Origin: an uncultured Opitutia bacterium
Lineage (GTDB): Bacteria > Verrucomicrobiota > Verrucomicrobiia > Opitutales > Seribacteraceae
Length of the DNA: 37,339 nucleotides
Assembly (NCBI GenBank): GCA_964012095.1
Contig: CAXGRK010000001.1
Coordinates: 1-37,339 of the forward strand
Direction of reading: 5' to 3'
Shown here: positions 26,101 through 34,899 of the stretch, piece after piece
Numbering within the stretch: the first letter of the stretch is position 1
How the letters are laid out: each line of letters begins with the position of its first letter
The notes under the pieces: generated by a model
The model's database searches: none
Seen by the model: only the letters and a program-made list of their open reading frames with translations
Told to the model about the DNA's origin: nothing
Position numbers and translations under genes: made by a program

Positions 26101-26756
26101 CTGTGTGGCTAAAAGATAAGGGACTTGCATTGAAAGCAAAGTGGCTACCTAAAAAAAATTACTTTTCCATTCTTCACCCGAATGGAATACTCAGTTTTCT
26201 CGAATATAAGTCTGGAATTATCTACAAAATTATTCGCTCCAACCTTCCCAGTGCTTGTGACATTGAATTTTCAAAAGACGGAAAGCGTATTCTTTTTATC
26301 ACTGAGAAAGGCAGTTGCTCTCTTCGTGAATTACCTGTTGCTGAATCCATTTTAATTATTCGTCCCGATGGAAAAGTTGAACAGACACCAGATTTTTATT
26401 TTAATGTACCCAAGCCAAAAAAGGAAAAGGCTTTAGATCTGGAAACCTTCCTTCTGAAACATCAGGATAAAGTAAGCTTTAATGAATCAGTCTTCCTTTC
26501 CAATTCTCCTTGTAATCAACAAATAGCAACTACCCATGATGGAGCTCTTCGTATTTGGAGTAAAAAGTACGGATTTTTATTAGCGACCATAGCTGAAAAA
26601 CTATCAAGTGATTTTAAGACTTGCAGGTTTTCTAAGGATGGAAAGTCCTTAATCGGAAAACTTGAATCTGGTCATATTGTTGTCTATCCTACAGATCCTA
26701 ATGATTTAAATAACTTAAATTTCGCTCGGTTATGTAAGGAATCATTTAATCATTAA
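23121..26756 (+). CDS. Multidomain exported protein: beta-rich N-terminal module, WD40-like propeller and inserted FGE/SUMF1-like domain
   Basis: ATG 23121 (ATGA overlap) preferred over 23031. FGE-like motifs TEVTQEQF, RLPTEAEWEYAARAG, PNGWGLFDMHGNVWEWC, RGGSF and GLRI. WD40-like HLGPISDIAIN...FATCG, FSHDSKTLLASG and FSKDGK. Confidence 0.85.
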   Translation: MTLRIHPQILKTLFFISGTVPFTTFCIGQTNQISSNINGPETVSFFDGSSLLGGLNEIKDGDELIWNHKSSQNPLKFDYKAVESILFNRIKGKQRDSVGSMMILFKNNDFLRGSIQSLNTDRLLFSSGFGQSLEASLSDIRSLEFLPESYQVLYDSSYDFEKWKKSNTKAWTEEQGSLVSVFSGSTGTILPELDAIEVSFQAEWQRSFYLALRFFSDSDGGSYGSEGFHLSFSNNRINLQSNRKLKGRTIRETLGSVMVDQLVGVKTANFKIYAHRQRKEFIVFVNGNEVAKWKDSSTDYLPGNSGLLFINQGGNSYLRLEELTIAGWSGEYFLTSPPSEKEQDGTQFISFKNGDSTPLQSSFSNDNGLSIKTKRGIFEVPYENIKSIYFPHDDLNQSNLTFKEEVSLKRFLGKLSFKLNSIQNNLLLGKHPYLGNLRIPLHSVKRLRCNLLLKSYKEYLLQLKLAEESLKSQNSEKALSILENTNPQYQCWYWKRLKFLAHDFQTKEILWFSPHPEVGILKATLCEEVGGTIFTTSREGSFALWDEYAKLAEGNYTHKHSTSQELGRFKNEKWKKIFISTSYWLGRTEVTQEQFEKVTGTNPSKKKGPNLPVQVSWFESMEFCKLMNKKYPPPDGFIWRLPTEAEWEYAARAGSSGPFCETSYGKFPNKQNSYEEHLKQYGWFSENSLGEVKAVSQKSPNGWGLFDMHGNVWEWCMDGTSVNKNELFSFPRAGTKNPVKLDGDWKVLRGGSFITDYSRCRSSYRGANAPTVSEGDRGLRICLGQVLSTDESNTSKIERHKENLDKQVQEFSPISLQRIDPGEFMMGTRNSTSFPQAICDLKDKNILSTDSSGKVRSQNISSNIPEWELDLNGTGLIITPLSTKNYVLVGTDNGKVHLINKSTKRIISTYSDHLGPISDIAINNSQQIFATCGTGGRIVLRKIGSKEPEWVLNTQDYKSDIEYVEFSHDSKTLLASGLHANVITIDTKSGKFNTVWLKDKGLALKAKWLPKKNYFSILHPNGILSFLEYKSGIIYKIIRSNLPSACDIEFSKDGKRILFITEKGSCSLRELPVAESILIIRPDGKVEQTPDFYFNVPKPKKEKALDLETFLLKHQDKVSFNESVFLSNSPCNQQIATTHDGALRIWSKKYGFLLATIAEKLSSDFKTCRFSKDGKSLIGKLESGHIVVYPTDPNDLNNLNFARLCKESFNH

Positions 26757-26779
26757 AATATCATCCGTGGTATTCATTT

Positions 26780-27337
26780 ATGAAAATTGTATTTTTAAAA
26801 AGTAATTTAAACAGCCAAATAAGAGGCTTCTTCCTTTTATTTGGTATTTCCAGCTTATTGTCAGGATGTTTTTCCTCTTCCAAGGTGTATATTCCTGAGT
26901 CAATCCCGCCTGATGCTTATGCTCGTCAATCTTCCACATCTAATAAAAAAGCCGCTATTGAGCCTTTATCACAAAAGGAAGTTTTAAAGCCAATTGAGAG
27001 TCTACAAAGGCCAAAAGATTCATTCCTGGCATACAGAAAATCCCATTCCAGTCAGCTTCCTTCATTGACTAAATCCAAAAGTGAAAACTCAGATTATAAT
27101 TTTAAAGTGAAATCAATTGAAGAATTATGGATATGGGTACAAGACCCCAAAGGTAATGATATAGTTTGGAAAAAAATGGCAGATGGCGATGAATTATTGA
27201 TTACCGAAAAAGCTCCTCTTACACTAACCTGTTCAAAACCGAATGCCGTAATTATATACGATAAAAAGGGCAAAAAAGTAGACTACCCAAAATCAACTAA
27301 TTCAGGAACAAATATTAATATCATTCGTCTTAACTGA
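26780..27337 (+). CDS. Lipoprotein with a RodZ C-terminal (DUF4115)-like beta domain
   Basis: Lipobox LSGC; low-complexity linker; VKSIEELWIWVQDPKG..IVWKKMADGD...PLTLTCSKPNAVII. Confidence 0.6.
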   Translation: MKIVFLKSNLNSQIRGFFLLFGISSLLSGCFSSSKVYIPESIPPDAYARQSSTSNKKAAIEPLSQKEVLKPIESLQRPKDSFLAYRKSHSSQLPSLTKSKSENSDYNFKVKSIEELWIWVQDPKGNDIVWKKMADGDELLITEKAPLTLTCSKPNAVIIYDKKGKKVDYPKSTNSGTNINIIRLN

Positions 27338-27373
27338 ATAGTTGGACCAGTTTCAACTCCATACCAAGCACAG

Positions 27374-27805
27374 TTAAAATGAGCCGTTTAAATCATTACT
27401 CAACTGGAATGTGGGAGGATCTTCCAGTCTTATCATAACTTCACTGCACAAACCTCCCAGAAATTTAAAAGAAACCAAGCTCCATTCGTAGACTTTTTCG
27501 GTTGAATCATCAAAGATGGATCTTCGATAGTCCCAAAGGTAACCGTTACCACCATCAAGGCTTTTGCCTTCGGGCGGTCCCATTATTTCTTCGACTTCTA
27601 TTTTGTTTTTACCGAGCAACAACGATTGGAGATTTCTTTTACTGTAGACCGGAAGATTTTTGCTTTCGAAAGTATTCTCTTGGTTTTGATAAAAATCGTT
27701 GGAACCCGATTCATTGTACCCACGTTGGTATCGATCAGATCTACAAGAAGATAATGAAAACAATCCTATACAGATCGCGGCTAAAAGTAATAAATTAACT
27801 TTCAT
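27374..27805 (-). CDS. Lipoprotein, BamE/SmpA-like fold
   Basis: Lipobox LSSC; LGKNKIEVEEIMGPP...WDY pattern. Confidence 0.55.
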   Translation of the reverse strand: MKVNLLLLAAICIGLFSLSSCRSDRYQRGYNESGSNDFYQNQENTFESKNLPVYSKRNLQSLLLGKNKIEVEEIMGPPEGKSLDGGNGYLWDYRRSIFDDSTEKVYEWSLVSFKFLGGLCSEVMIRLEDPPTFQLSNDLNGSF

Positions 27806-27857
27806 GTAAATATTAAAACTTTTATCAAAATCCTTTGCAAATGTAAGATTACAAAAA

Positions 27858-27950
27858 TGGCGGAGAGAACGGGATTCGAACCCGTGGAGGAGCGATTAGC
27901 TCCTCACCGGTTTAGCAAACCAGCGCATTCGACCACTCTGCCATCTCTCC
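27858..27950 (-). tRNA. tRNA-Ser (GCT)
   Basis: Minus strand reads GGAGAGATGGCAGAGTGGTCGAATGCGCTGGTTTGCTAAACCGGT-GAGGAGCTAATCGCTCCTC-CACGGGTTCGAATCCCGTTCTCTCCGCCA. It has anticodon GCT, a long variable arm, T-loop TTCGAAT and an encoded CCA. Confidence 0.97.
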
Positions 27951-28010
27951 GACAAATCCTTTCTAGGAATAGATCAGTGAAAGGTAAAACAAAATAATTT
28001 ATATCTTTAT

Positions 28011-29417
28011 TTAATCGTTAGAGAGAATCTTTAACTTATTTAAGTGCTTGGTCGCCATATCATCGCCAAGAGAAGACGCACGCTCGAACCATTTTATTGA
28101 TTCTTTAAGGTCTTTAGGGACACCATTTCCTGATAAGTAGATTAGCCCAAGATAACGGGAAGATTCGGCGTTTCCCACTTTCGCTGATTTTAAGAAAAGT
28201 TGATAAGCTTTAGCATAATTTCTTTCAACACTCCGCCCCCAATAATAATTCTTTGCCATTTCAATGACTTTAGAATCACTCGGTGATGAAATGGATTCAT
28301 TTTTCACATTTCTTTTGTTTAAGGGTATCGGCGGATTCTGCTTAGGTATACCCATCTCTTTTCGTGCTTCGTAAGGAGATGGTAACAAGGCTGAATTAAA
28401 ATTATCTTGGTTTATTTTTGCACTGGGACTCGGAAGTGTCGGCTCAGGAAGCAATGCTTCGTTTGCAGCCAATTCTTGGCTCTCTTGAGCATTAGTCATC
28501 GGAACATTAGGTATTGGGTCAACAGGTTTTTTTTGTGGTGCTTCTAATTCATCCAACTTTTTTTTAGCTTTTGCATAATTAGTTTTAAGAGCAAGATTTG
28601 CATACCTTTGAGCTAAATCTAGTTTTGGTGTGCCTGTTAGCCCTTTGGAATAAAAATCTGCCAAAATTAATTGTGCTTCTCCGTAACCCTTATCTGCGGC
28701 GGCCCGAAAATGAACGAGTGCCATTTTATTATCTTTCTTAAAGCCATCGCCTTCAAAGTAAGCTCTACCCAGGTAATGGTGAGCAGAAGGCAGATTTTTT
28801 TGAACTGCTAAATTAAGAATCTGGATGCCCTCGTTCTTTACATCAAGGATTTTACTATCACTCTCCAGCAAATTATATATTTTAAACAAAGCAACCTGAA
28901 CTGAAGAGGGGGCATAACCCAAAGAAGAAGAAATCTCATAATGCCTGTAAGCTAACTTTAAGTCAGGCAGAACTTCCGGACGAAGATTGTCTGAAGTAAA
29001 GATTTCACCCAGCACATAGCTGGCCACAGGATCTTTTCTGGCTGCAAGTTTTATTAGAGTTCCATCCGAATCCTGAAAAGCCTTTAAATAAAATTCCCTA
29101 ACTTTTAATAAATCCGGTCCAATGGGCTCACTCCTATATAAAAAACCAAGAGCGAAGTGCCCAAGCCAATGGTTGGATTCAGAAGAAAGCATAGCAAGTT
29201 TGTAGGCCTTGTCATAATCAATCTTCACGCTCTTATCACCATGAGCATACAGAAGGGATAGAAAACCCTGAGCAAATGGATCATTTTGAGAAGAGGCTTC
29301 CATAACAGAGTCCAAATCAGAATCGATCCATTTTTTTCCGGGGGTAATATTTCCGAATAATTCACCACAATAAATGAATGTTAAAAGAGGGAAAAAAAGT
29401 ATTTTTATATAATTCAT
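28011..29417 (-). CDS. Sel1-repeat (tetratricopeptide-like) exported protein with an internal Pro-rich linker
   Basis: Repeats AHHYLGRAYFEGDG..KD, AAADKGYGEAQLILA and SSRYLGLIYLSGNGVPKD..IKWFERAS. ATG 29417 (MNYIK...) gives a signal peptide; ORF-track start is 29450. Confidence 0.85.
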   Translation of the reverse strand: MNYIKILFFPLLTFIYCGELFGNITPGKKWIDSDLDSVMEASSQNDPFAQGFLSLLYAHGDKSVKIDYDKAYKLAMLSSESNHWLGHFALGFLYRSEPIGPDLLKVREFYLKAFQDSDGTLIKLAARKDPVASYVLGEIFTSDNLRPEVLPDLKLAYRHYEISSSLGYAPSSVQVALFKIYNLLESDSKILDVKNEGIQILNLAVQKNLPSAHHYLGRAYFEGDGFKKDNKMALVHFRAAADKGYGEAQLILADFYSKGLTGTPKLDLAQRYANLALKTNYAKAKKKLDELEAPQKKPVDPIPNVPMTNAQESQELAANEALLPEPTLPSPSAKINQDNFNSALLPSPYEARKEMGIPKQNPPIPLNKRNVKNESISSPSDSKVIEMAKNYYWGRSVERNYAKAYQLFLKSAKVGNAESSRYLGLIYLSGNGVPKDLKESIKWFERASSLGDDMATKHLNKLKILSND

Positions 29418-29508
29418 ATATGACAATTTCTTGAAATTACTTTGTTGCAAATGTACTGGGCAAGAAAAAGCGTTTATTTTTTTTATAATTTATTGTTATT
29501 ATCAAATT

Positions 29509-29982
29509 ATGAGTGAAGAATTTGATGGGTCAATGACTCTTAGAAGTCCAGGTAAGGAATCTATTAGGCAGTTTGTTATTTATGCAGAAAACAAAGTTGG
29601 TTGGCTTAACGATTTTATCACCATGCTTCAAGAAGTGGATATACACATTCTTGCAATTAGTGTTTTGGACACAACTGACTCCGCCGTTATCCGAGTTGTC
29701 CCCAATTATCCAAAAGATTTAGCAAGATTGCTGAAATCGCAGTCCATCTCTTTTACAGAAAGAACGATTCTAGCTATCGAAGTGGATAATGAAGATTCAA
29801 TTAAAAAAGTTACCCAAGCCCTTTTAGCAGCCGAAATCAATATCCATTATGTTTATTCTTTCCTGCACACGCCCAATCAAAAACCGGTTTTAGCGATCGC
29901 CATGGAAGAGCAGGAAACAGCAGAGGATGCTCTTCGTGGATATCAATTGAAAATTTTGTCTCAGGAAGATTTTACTCGTTAA
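29509..29982 (+). CDS. Tandem ACT-domain regulatory protein
   Basis: QFVIYAENKVGWL, IHILAISVLDTTDSAVIRVV and AEINIHYVYSF. ATG 29509 preferred over TTG 29431. Confidence 0.85.
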   Translation: MSEEFDGSMTLRSPGKESIRQFVIYAENKVGWLNDFITMLQEVDIHILAISVLDTTDSAVIRVVPNYPKDLARLLKSQSISFTERTILAIEVDNEDSIKKVTQALLAAEINIHYVYSFLHTPNQKPVLAIAMEEQETAEDALRGYQLKILSQEDFTR

Positions 29983-30012
29983 AATATATAATTTTAAAAA
30001 TTTGCAATATTT

Positions 30013-31296
30013 TCAATACAAGTGGAATCGGCTTATTTTATCTTTAAACTGTTCTAATTCAGAATTCCAAAGGCTAATAAATTCTTCAATGTTGCAGTTT
30101 TCTCCTGTTTCCTTGAGGTGATCCCACCAAGCTTGCGAACCAACATGTTTATTAAAAAGGGTGATTTCTGATTCTTTGGCTTTGGTGAAAGGAGATGGGG
30201 TTTCCCATTTTGCAGATAGACGCATCATGTGAAAAGCCAGTTCCGTTGGATTCCAATTACTCCAATCATTCAAAACTATGTAAACTCCATCGATGTTTTT
30301 CCCAGAATTGCTTTTAAGAGTCTTTATTTGAAATGACAAACCTCCAAGATTCAGGGCATCCAATGCTTGCTTTAATTCAAGTGAAGATTTTCCCTCAAAA
30401 GTTAAAAAACGAAATGGCTGTGGAGTACCTATGCCATGTTTAAATTTCCCCATTTGTGCACCCAGACCAGTCATAGGATAGCCAGCAACCGAATCCAAGG
30501 TTGGGATATTTGGAGAAGTTGGCACCCACTCCAAACCTGTTTTAGGCCAAGTCATAAGTCTTGACCAATTTTTCATTGGAACTATCAGAAGCTCCCCTCT
30601 TTTCCTCGCAGTTTCAGAAATGTTAAGGATGCCACTTTCTTTTTTGGACCACAAAGCTATCTCTCCGATGGTCAAGCCGTGAACAAAAGGCATTGGAAAA
30701 GCACCGACATAGCTCATACATTTTTCATCAATCATGGGACCCGCCATTTTCAGTCCACCTAAGGGATTTGGCCGATCTAGCACCACAACTTTTTTTCCTT
30801 CTTCAAAACATGCCTCCATTGCATACTTCATGCAACTTATATAGGTGTAGCATCTGACTCCGACATCTTGAAGGTCAATAACGAGACAATCTATTTTAGA
30901 GAGCATTTCAGCAGTTGGTTTTCTAAATTTTCCGTACAGCGAAAATACAGGAAGTCCCGTCTTTTGGTCTATTTTATCCTCCACAGGTACGGCTGCTTTT
31001 TCATTTCCGTAAATTCCGTGCTCAGGACCAAACAGTGCGACTAAATTAACAGTTGAACTGGCTCGAAGAATCTCAACGCTACTTTCTCCTTTACCATTCA
31101 CACCAGCAGGATGAGTGAGAAGACCAACTTTCAATCCTCGAAGAATTTCAAAGTCAGTTTCTTGTAGATGTTCAATACCTAGCTTAAATTTCGCACTTAA
31201 ACCATTGTGCAGGCTTAAAGAAAGCAACAAAAAGACGAGAAAACGAAACCTTAGGAAAAGGTGCGAATTAGTAATAATTATTTTCTGCATTATCAT
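30013..31296 (-). CDS. namZ: DUF1343 / NamZ-like exo-beta-N-acetylmuramidase
   Basis: Motifs LFGPEHGI.G, SLYG, DLQDVGVRCYTYI, VLDRPNPLGG, HGLTIGE and WVPTSPNIP. Confidence 0.88.
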   Translation of the reverse strand: MIMQKIIITNSHLFLRFRFLVFLLLSLSLHNGLSAKFKLGIEHLQETDFEILRGLKVGLLTHPAGVNGKGESSVEILRASSTVNLVALFGPEHGIYGNEKAAVPVEDKIDQKTGLPVFSLYGKFRKPTAEMLSKIDCLVIDLQDVGVRCYTYISCMKYAMEACFEEGKKVVVLDRPNPLGGLKMAGPMIDEKCMSYVGAFPMPFVHGLTIGEIALWSKKESGILNISETARKRGELLIVPMKNWSRLMTWPKTGLEWVPTSPNIPTLDSVAGYPMTGLGAQMGKFKHGIGTPQPFRFLTFEGKSSLELKQALDALNLGGLSFQIKTLKSNSGKNIDGVYIVLNDWSNWNPTELAFHMMRLSAKWETPSPFTKAKESEITLFNKHVGSQAWWDHLKETGENCNIEEFISLWNSELEQFKDKISRFHLY

Positions 31297-31855
31297 TTTT
31301 GTAAATCTTCGCCATTGCCTTGTAAAGGAATACCGCGACTACACCCAAAGAAATGCCGATAATCGACCCGCCCACAAACATCGGAGGAAAAGTATCAATT
31401 AATTCAATTAAATCGGAAAAGTTAAACTCACTCCACTTATACTCCGAATTCAACATTCTATTACGATCGTATTCTATTCCTACAAGTTTAAAAAAAATCA
31501 TCCCAATTTGATAGTCGGCAAAATAAATAGGACCCATCGTAAAAGGATTTGAAATCCACTGAAGTGCAATCATAACTGGCAAATTTGTCCTTAGCCAAAG
31601 AGCCAAAAATAACACCACCAGCATCTGTAATCCTACTATTGGTAACATCGCAATCCATACGCCCCAAAAAAGGGCCGGAATAATATTTTTCCCACGAAAC
31701 GACCATAAATAAGATCTCTTATATGCGGTTTCTGAAAACCATTTTAAAATTGGATATTTGTGAATGTTTGAGCGCCTGGGCAAAGGACGCATCCACTTTT
31801 TAAGCCTCCTAATCCTTTTGAATTTTGCTTCCTTGCTCATCAATCTAATTTCCAC
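31268..31855 (-). CDS. DUF2062 membrane protein
   Basis: Motifs LWSF, A...GVWIAMLP..GLQ, NLP and WISNPFTMGPIY...YQIG. Confidence 0.85.
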   Translation of the reverse strand: MEIRLMSKEAKFKRIRRLKKWMRPLPRRSNIHKYPILKWFSETAYKRSYLWSFRGKNIIPALFWGVWIAMLPIVGLQMLVVLFLALWLRTNLPVMIALQWISNPFTMGPIYFADYQIGMIFFKLVGIEYDRNRMLNSEYKWSEFNFSDLIELIDTFPPMFVGGSIIGISLGVVAVFLYKAMAKIYKNDNAENNYY

Positions 31856-33041
31856 TCTGACAAAGACTAAGAAATGGATACTGATTCAAAGTATCAGTAA
31901 AGCGCTCTTCTGCTAAAGAAAGGTTTTTTTCTAAACTCCACTCATTCATTCCAAATTGCAAGAGGTCACACTCATGAAACTTTTTGCAAACCTCATGCAC
32001 TTTATTAAAGTCAATTGACCCTGCCAATAGGATCGATGGAGTGGATTTCAAGTTGGCCAGGTTCAAAAGCTCAAAAGGACCCTTACCGCTCAAGGATGTT
32101 TCATCGAATCTCCCCTCCCCAGTAAGAATCAGGTCGGCTTCTTCAACCAACTTGGATAAACCGAACCAGTTACTGACCAAAGAAAACCCGGGAATAAGGG
32201 AAACTTTGTATGGTAAAGAAAGTCCGTACCCAATGCCACCTGCAGCTCCACTCCCTTGAAATTCGGCAGCTTGGTAAACTTTAGGAAATTTTGATGCGAG
32301 TGACTGCTGAAGGTGCGTGATTTTTTCTTCAAATAGTTCTATCTCTTCAGCTGGAAGGCCTTTTTGCGGCCCATACCTTGCAGTCGCACCGTTTTTACCA
32401 AGTAGAGGATTATCAACATCACAGGCTATAAATAGGGGGGGGAGGTCTACTAATTGATCAAAATCTATCTTCTCAACATCTTGCCAATAACAGGGGAAAG
32501 GATTTACGATATGACTCTTACCCTTGCCGTAAAAATTCACACCCAAAGCCGCCATGGCACCCATACCAAGATCGTTTGTTGAACTACCACCAATACCTAG
32601 AAGTATAGCATCCACTCCGAGAAATTTTGCTGCCCTTAACATCTCCCCTACCCCAAATGTGGAAGTCTTCCATGGGTTTCGTTCCGGTTGTGGCAAGTCG
32701 GCTAGTCCCGCAGCCTGAGCCATCTCAACGATCCCCAGTTTTCCAGTGGAAGGGAGTCCCAAGGACGTTGAAACCGCTGATGGTAAATTTTCTATTTCAC
32801 AAATCCCAAAAGTACCGTTTTTTACCTCTCCAATTGAGTTTTTTATTTCTACTGATTGGAATTTTCCTTTAGCTGCAGAGGTTAAGATTTCAACAAAGCC
32901 CTCTCCACCATCAGTCAGAGGTGCTTTTGTTACAAGACAATCTGAAAATCGATCTGCTATAACCTTTTCAGCCAAATCGCAAAGTTCTTTGGCTGACAGC
33001 GAATCCTTGCATTTATCAAAAGCTGCAAGGATTCTTTTCAT
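31845..33041 (-). CDS. Glycerate kinase (GlxK/GarK family)
   Basis: Motifs AFDKCKDSLSA, PLTDGGEG, EMAQAAGL, GIGGSSTNDLG, CDVDNPLLG, YGPQKG, GAAGG and TGEGRFD. Confidence 0.93.
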   Translation of the reverse strand: MKRILAAFDKCKDSLSAKELCDLAEKVIADRFSDCLVTKAPLTDGGEGFVEILTSAAKGKFQSVEIKNSIGEVKNGTFGICEIENLPSAVSTSLGLPSTGKLGIVEMAQAAGLADLPQPERNPWKTSTFGVGEMLRAAKFLGVDAILLGIGGSSTNDLGMGAMAALGVNFYGKGKSHIVNPFPCYWQDVEKIDFDQLVDLPPLFIACDVDNPLLGKNGATARYGPQKGLPAEEIELFEEKITHLQQSLASKFPKVYQAAEFQGSGAAGGIGYGLSLPYKVSLIPGFSLVSNWFGLSKLVEEADLILTGEGRFDETSLSGKGPFELLNLANLKSTPSILLAGSIDFNKVHEVCKKFHECDLLQFGMNEWSLEKNLSLAEERFTDTLNQYPFLSLCQSGN

Positions 33042-33053
33042 GAATTAACTAAC

Positions 33054-34835
33054 TCAGCGAATCTCAAGCTCCGTTTTCTCATCAACAAATTTGAAATTTT
33101 CTAGATGATAAGAGTCCGAACTTTCAAAATTAATGCTAATTTCATAATTAGTTTCAATCTTTTCTAAAAGTTTAGCGTCTGGCCCGCGCAATCTTCTTAA
33201 CACAGATGGATGTAGGAAAACCTTAATTTTGATGTCCGAAGTCCCTGTCTCTAGCCTTGCCCTTCTGACAATACTTGTAAGTTTTCTCTGAATTTCGATA
33301 CTGATGGACCTGGGTGACTTCACGATTCCTCTCCCAACGCAATAAGGACAAGGTTCATAAATTCCACTCGAATTACTTTCATCATGTCGTTGCCTGGTAA
33401 TTTGCATTATCCCCAACTGGGAAATCGGCAAAATATTATGCTTGGCTTTGTCATCAGCCATAGCAGCTTTCATTTTTTGAAAAACTTTTCTTTGGTCACT
33501 TTTATTTTTCATATCAATGAAATCAACAATGACCAGCCCCCCTAAGTTTCGTAATCGCATTTGCCGGGCAACCTCTGCGGCTGATTCGATATTAGCCTGT
33601 AAAATGAAATTTTTCCCGTCTTTGCGGTTCCCCTTATGACTACCCGTATTGACATCGATAGAAACCAATGCCTCTGTTTCTTCCATGACTATTTCTCCTC
33701 CTGAGGGGAGGAGAACTCTTCTCATGAAAGTCTGTTCTATTTGCCTCTCGACATTAAATCGTTCAAAAATAGGAATTTCCTCATCAAAAAAGGAAACTTT
33801 TTTACGGGTATTGGATTTGGGATCAACTTGTTGTATTATCTTCAACAAACGCTCATAGTCATCTTTTTTGTCTACCTGGACTCGGTCGACATCGTCTGTC
33901 AAAAAATCTCGAGCAGTCAAACCAATGAGATCTGGTTCCTGATAAAGAAACGCGGGTGATTCTTTTGATTTTATTTTATTTTCGATTTCATTCCATTGCT
34001 GAAGCAAGAAATTTAAATCTCTAACAAAAAACCGTTCTTCTTTCTTTTGGCCAGCGGTCCTGACAATCACTCCCATACCTTCAGGCAAAGAAAGATTCGT
34101 AAGGATACTTTTCAGTCGATTTCTTTCACTCTTATCATCAATTTTCCTAGAAATCCCACATTGACCAGCAAATGGCATGAGAACGAGAAACCGGCCAGGC
34201 AAAGAGAGATTCGTTGTAGTACGTGGACCCTTACTTCCAATTTGTGCCTTGGTTATTTGAACAATAATTTCGGAACCAATAGGAAAGGCTTTTGGAATAT
34301 CCTTTACTGACTTTACTTCATTTTTTTTGGAGGCTTTTTTCTTATTTTCCCTAACAATCTCAATATTCGGATCATTATTTGCTCCAGGAAGCATATCCCA
34401 ATAGTGCAGAAAGGCATTTTTTTCTTGGCCGATGTCAACGAAAGCGGCTTTTAGGCCTGGTTCAAGATTTTGAACTTTCCCTTTAAAAATGGCTCCCACC
34501 ATTCTATCTTCGCCAAGACGCTCAACTTCAAAACCCTGCAAAATTCCATTTTCAATCCGGGCAACCCTTCTTTCTAAAGCCTCGGTGTTAATGATTAGTT
34601 CCTTGTAGTCTTTATTTTTCTCTCCCCTAAAGAAAGCAAAAATTCTTTCGCGAATTGGGCGAGCTTTCGCTCGTTGCAATGAGGCTTCCCTAAGCTTGGC
34701 CTTATCAATATGAATTGGCTTGGGTTCTTTGGGGACGGAACTCAAATCGTTTTCTTCTTCGGATGAACCGGAAGATTGATCTTGCTTGTTTTTTCGATTT
34801 AAAGATTGGTTACGCGGTCTAGGTTTTCGAGCCAT
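33054..34835 (-). CDS. Ribonuclease E/G family protein
   Basis: S1 domain ([21 protein letters not shown]), [36 protein letters not shown] and Zn-link CPYC. ATG 34835 preferred over 34862. Confidence 0.95.
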   Translation of the reverse strand: MARKPRPRNQSLNRKNKQDQSSGSSEEENDLSSVPKEPKPIHIDKAKLREASLQRAKARPIRERIFAFFRGEKNKDYKELIINTEALERRVARIENGILQGFEVERLGEDRMVGAIFKGKVQNLEPGLKAAFVDIGQEKNAFLHYWDMLPGANNDPNIEIVRENKKKASKKNEVKSVKDIPKAFPIGSEIIVQITKAQIGSKGPRTTTNLSLPGRFLVLMPFAGQCGISRKIDDKSERNRLKSILTNLSLPEGMGVIVRTAGQKKEERFFVRDLNFLLQQWNEIENKIKSKESPAFLYQEPDLIGLTARDFLTDDVDRVQVDKKDDYERLLKIIQQVDPKSNTRKKVSFFDEEIPIFERFNVERQIEQTFMRRVLLPSGGEIVMEETEALVSIDVNTGSHKGNRKDGKNFILQANIESAAEVARQMRLRNLGGLVIVDFIDMKNKSDQRKVFQKMKAAMADDKAKHNILPISQLGIMQITRQRHDESNSSGIYEPCPYCVGRGIVKSPRSISIEIQRKLTSIVRRARLETGTSDIKIKVFLHPSVLRRLRGPDAKLLEKIETNYEISINFESSDSYHLENFKFVDEKTELEIR

Positions 34836-34899
34836 GTTGGTTTGGGTGTTTGAAACCTGCAAATCAAATCACGAAACAAAAAAGAATTCGTCATAACAT

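Noticed and set aside
27858-27950. tRNA-Ser as an integration site of a genomic island
   Set aside because: No integrase and no duplicated tRNA 3' end were seen, and the flanking genes look chromosomal.
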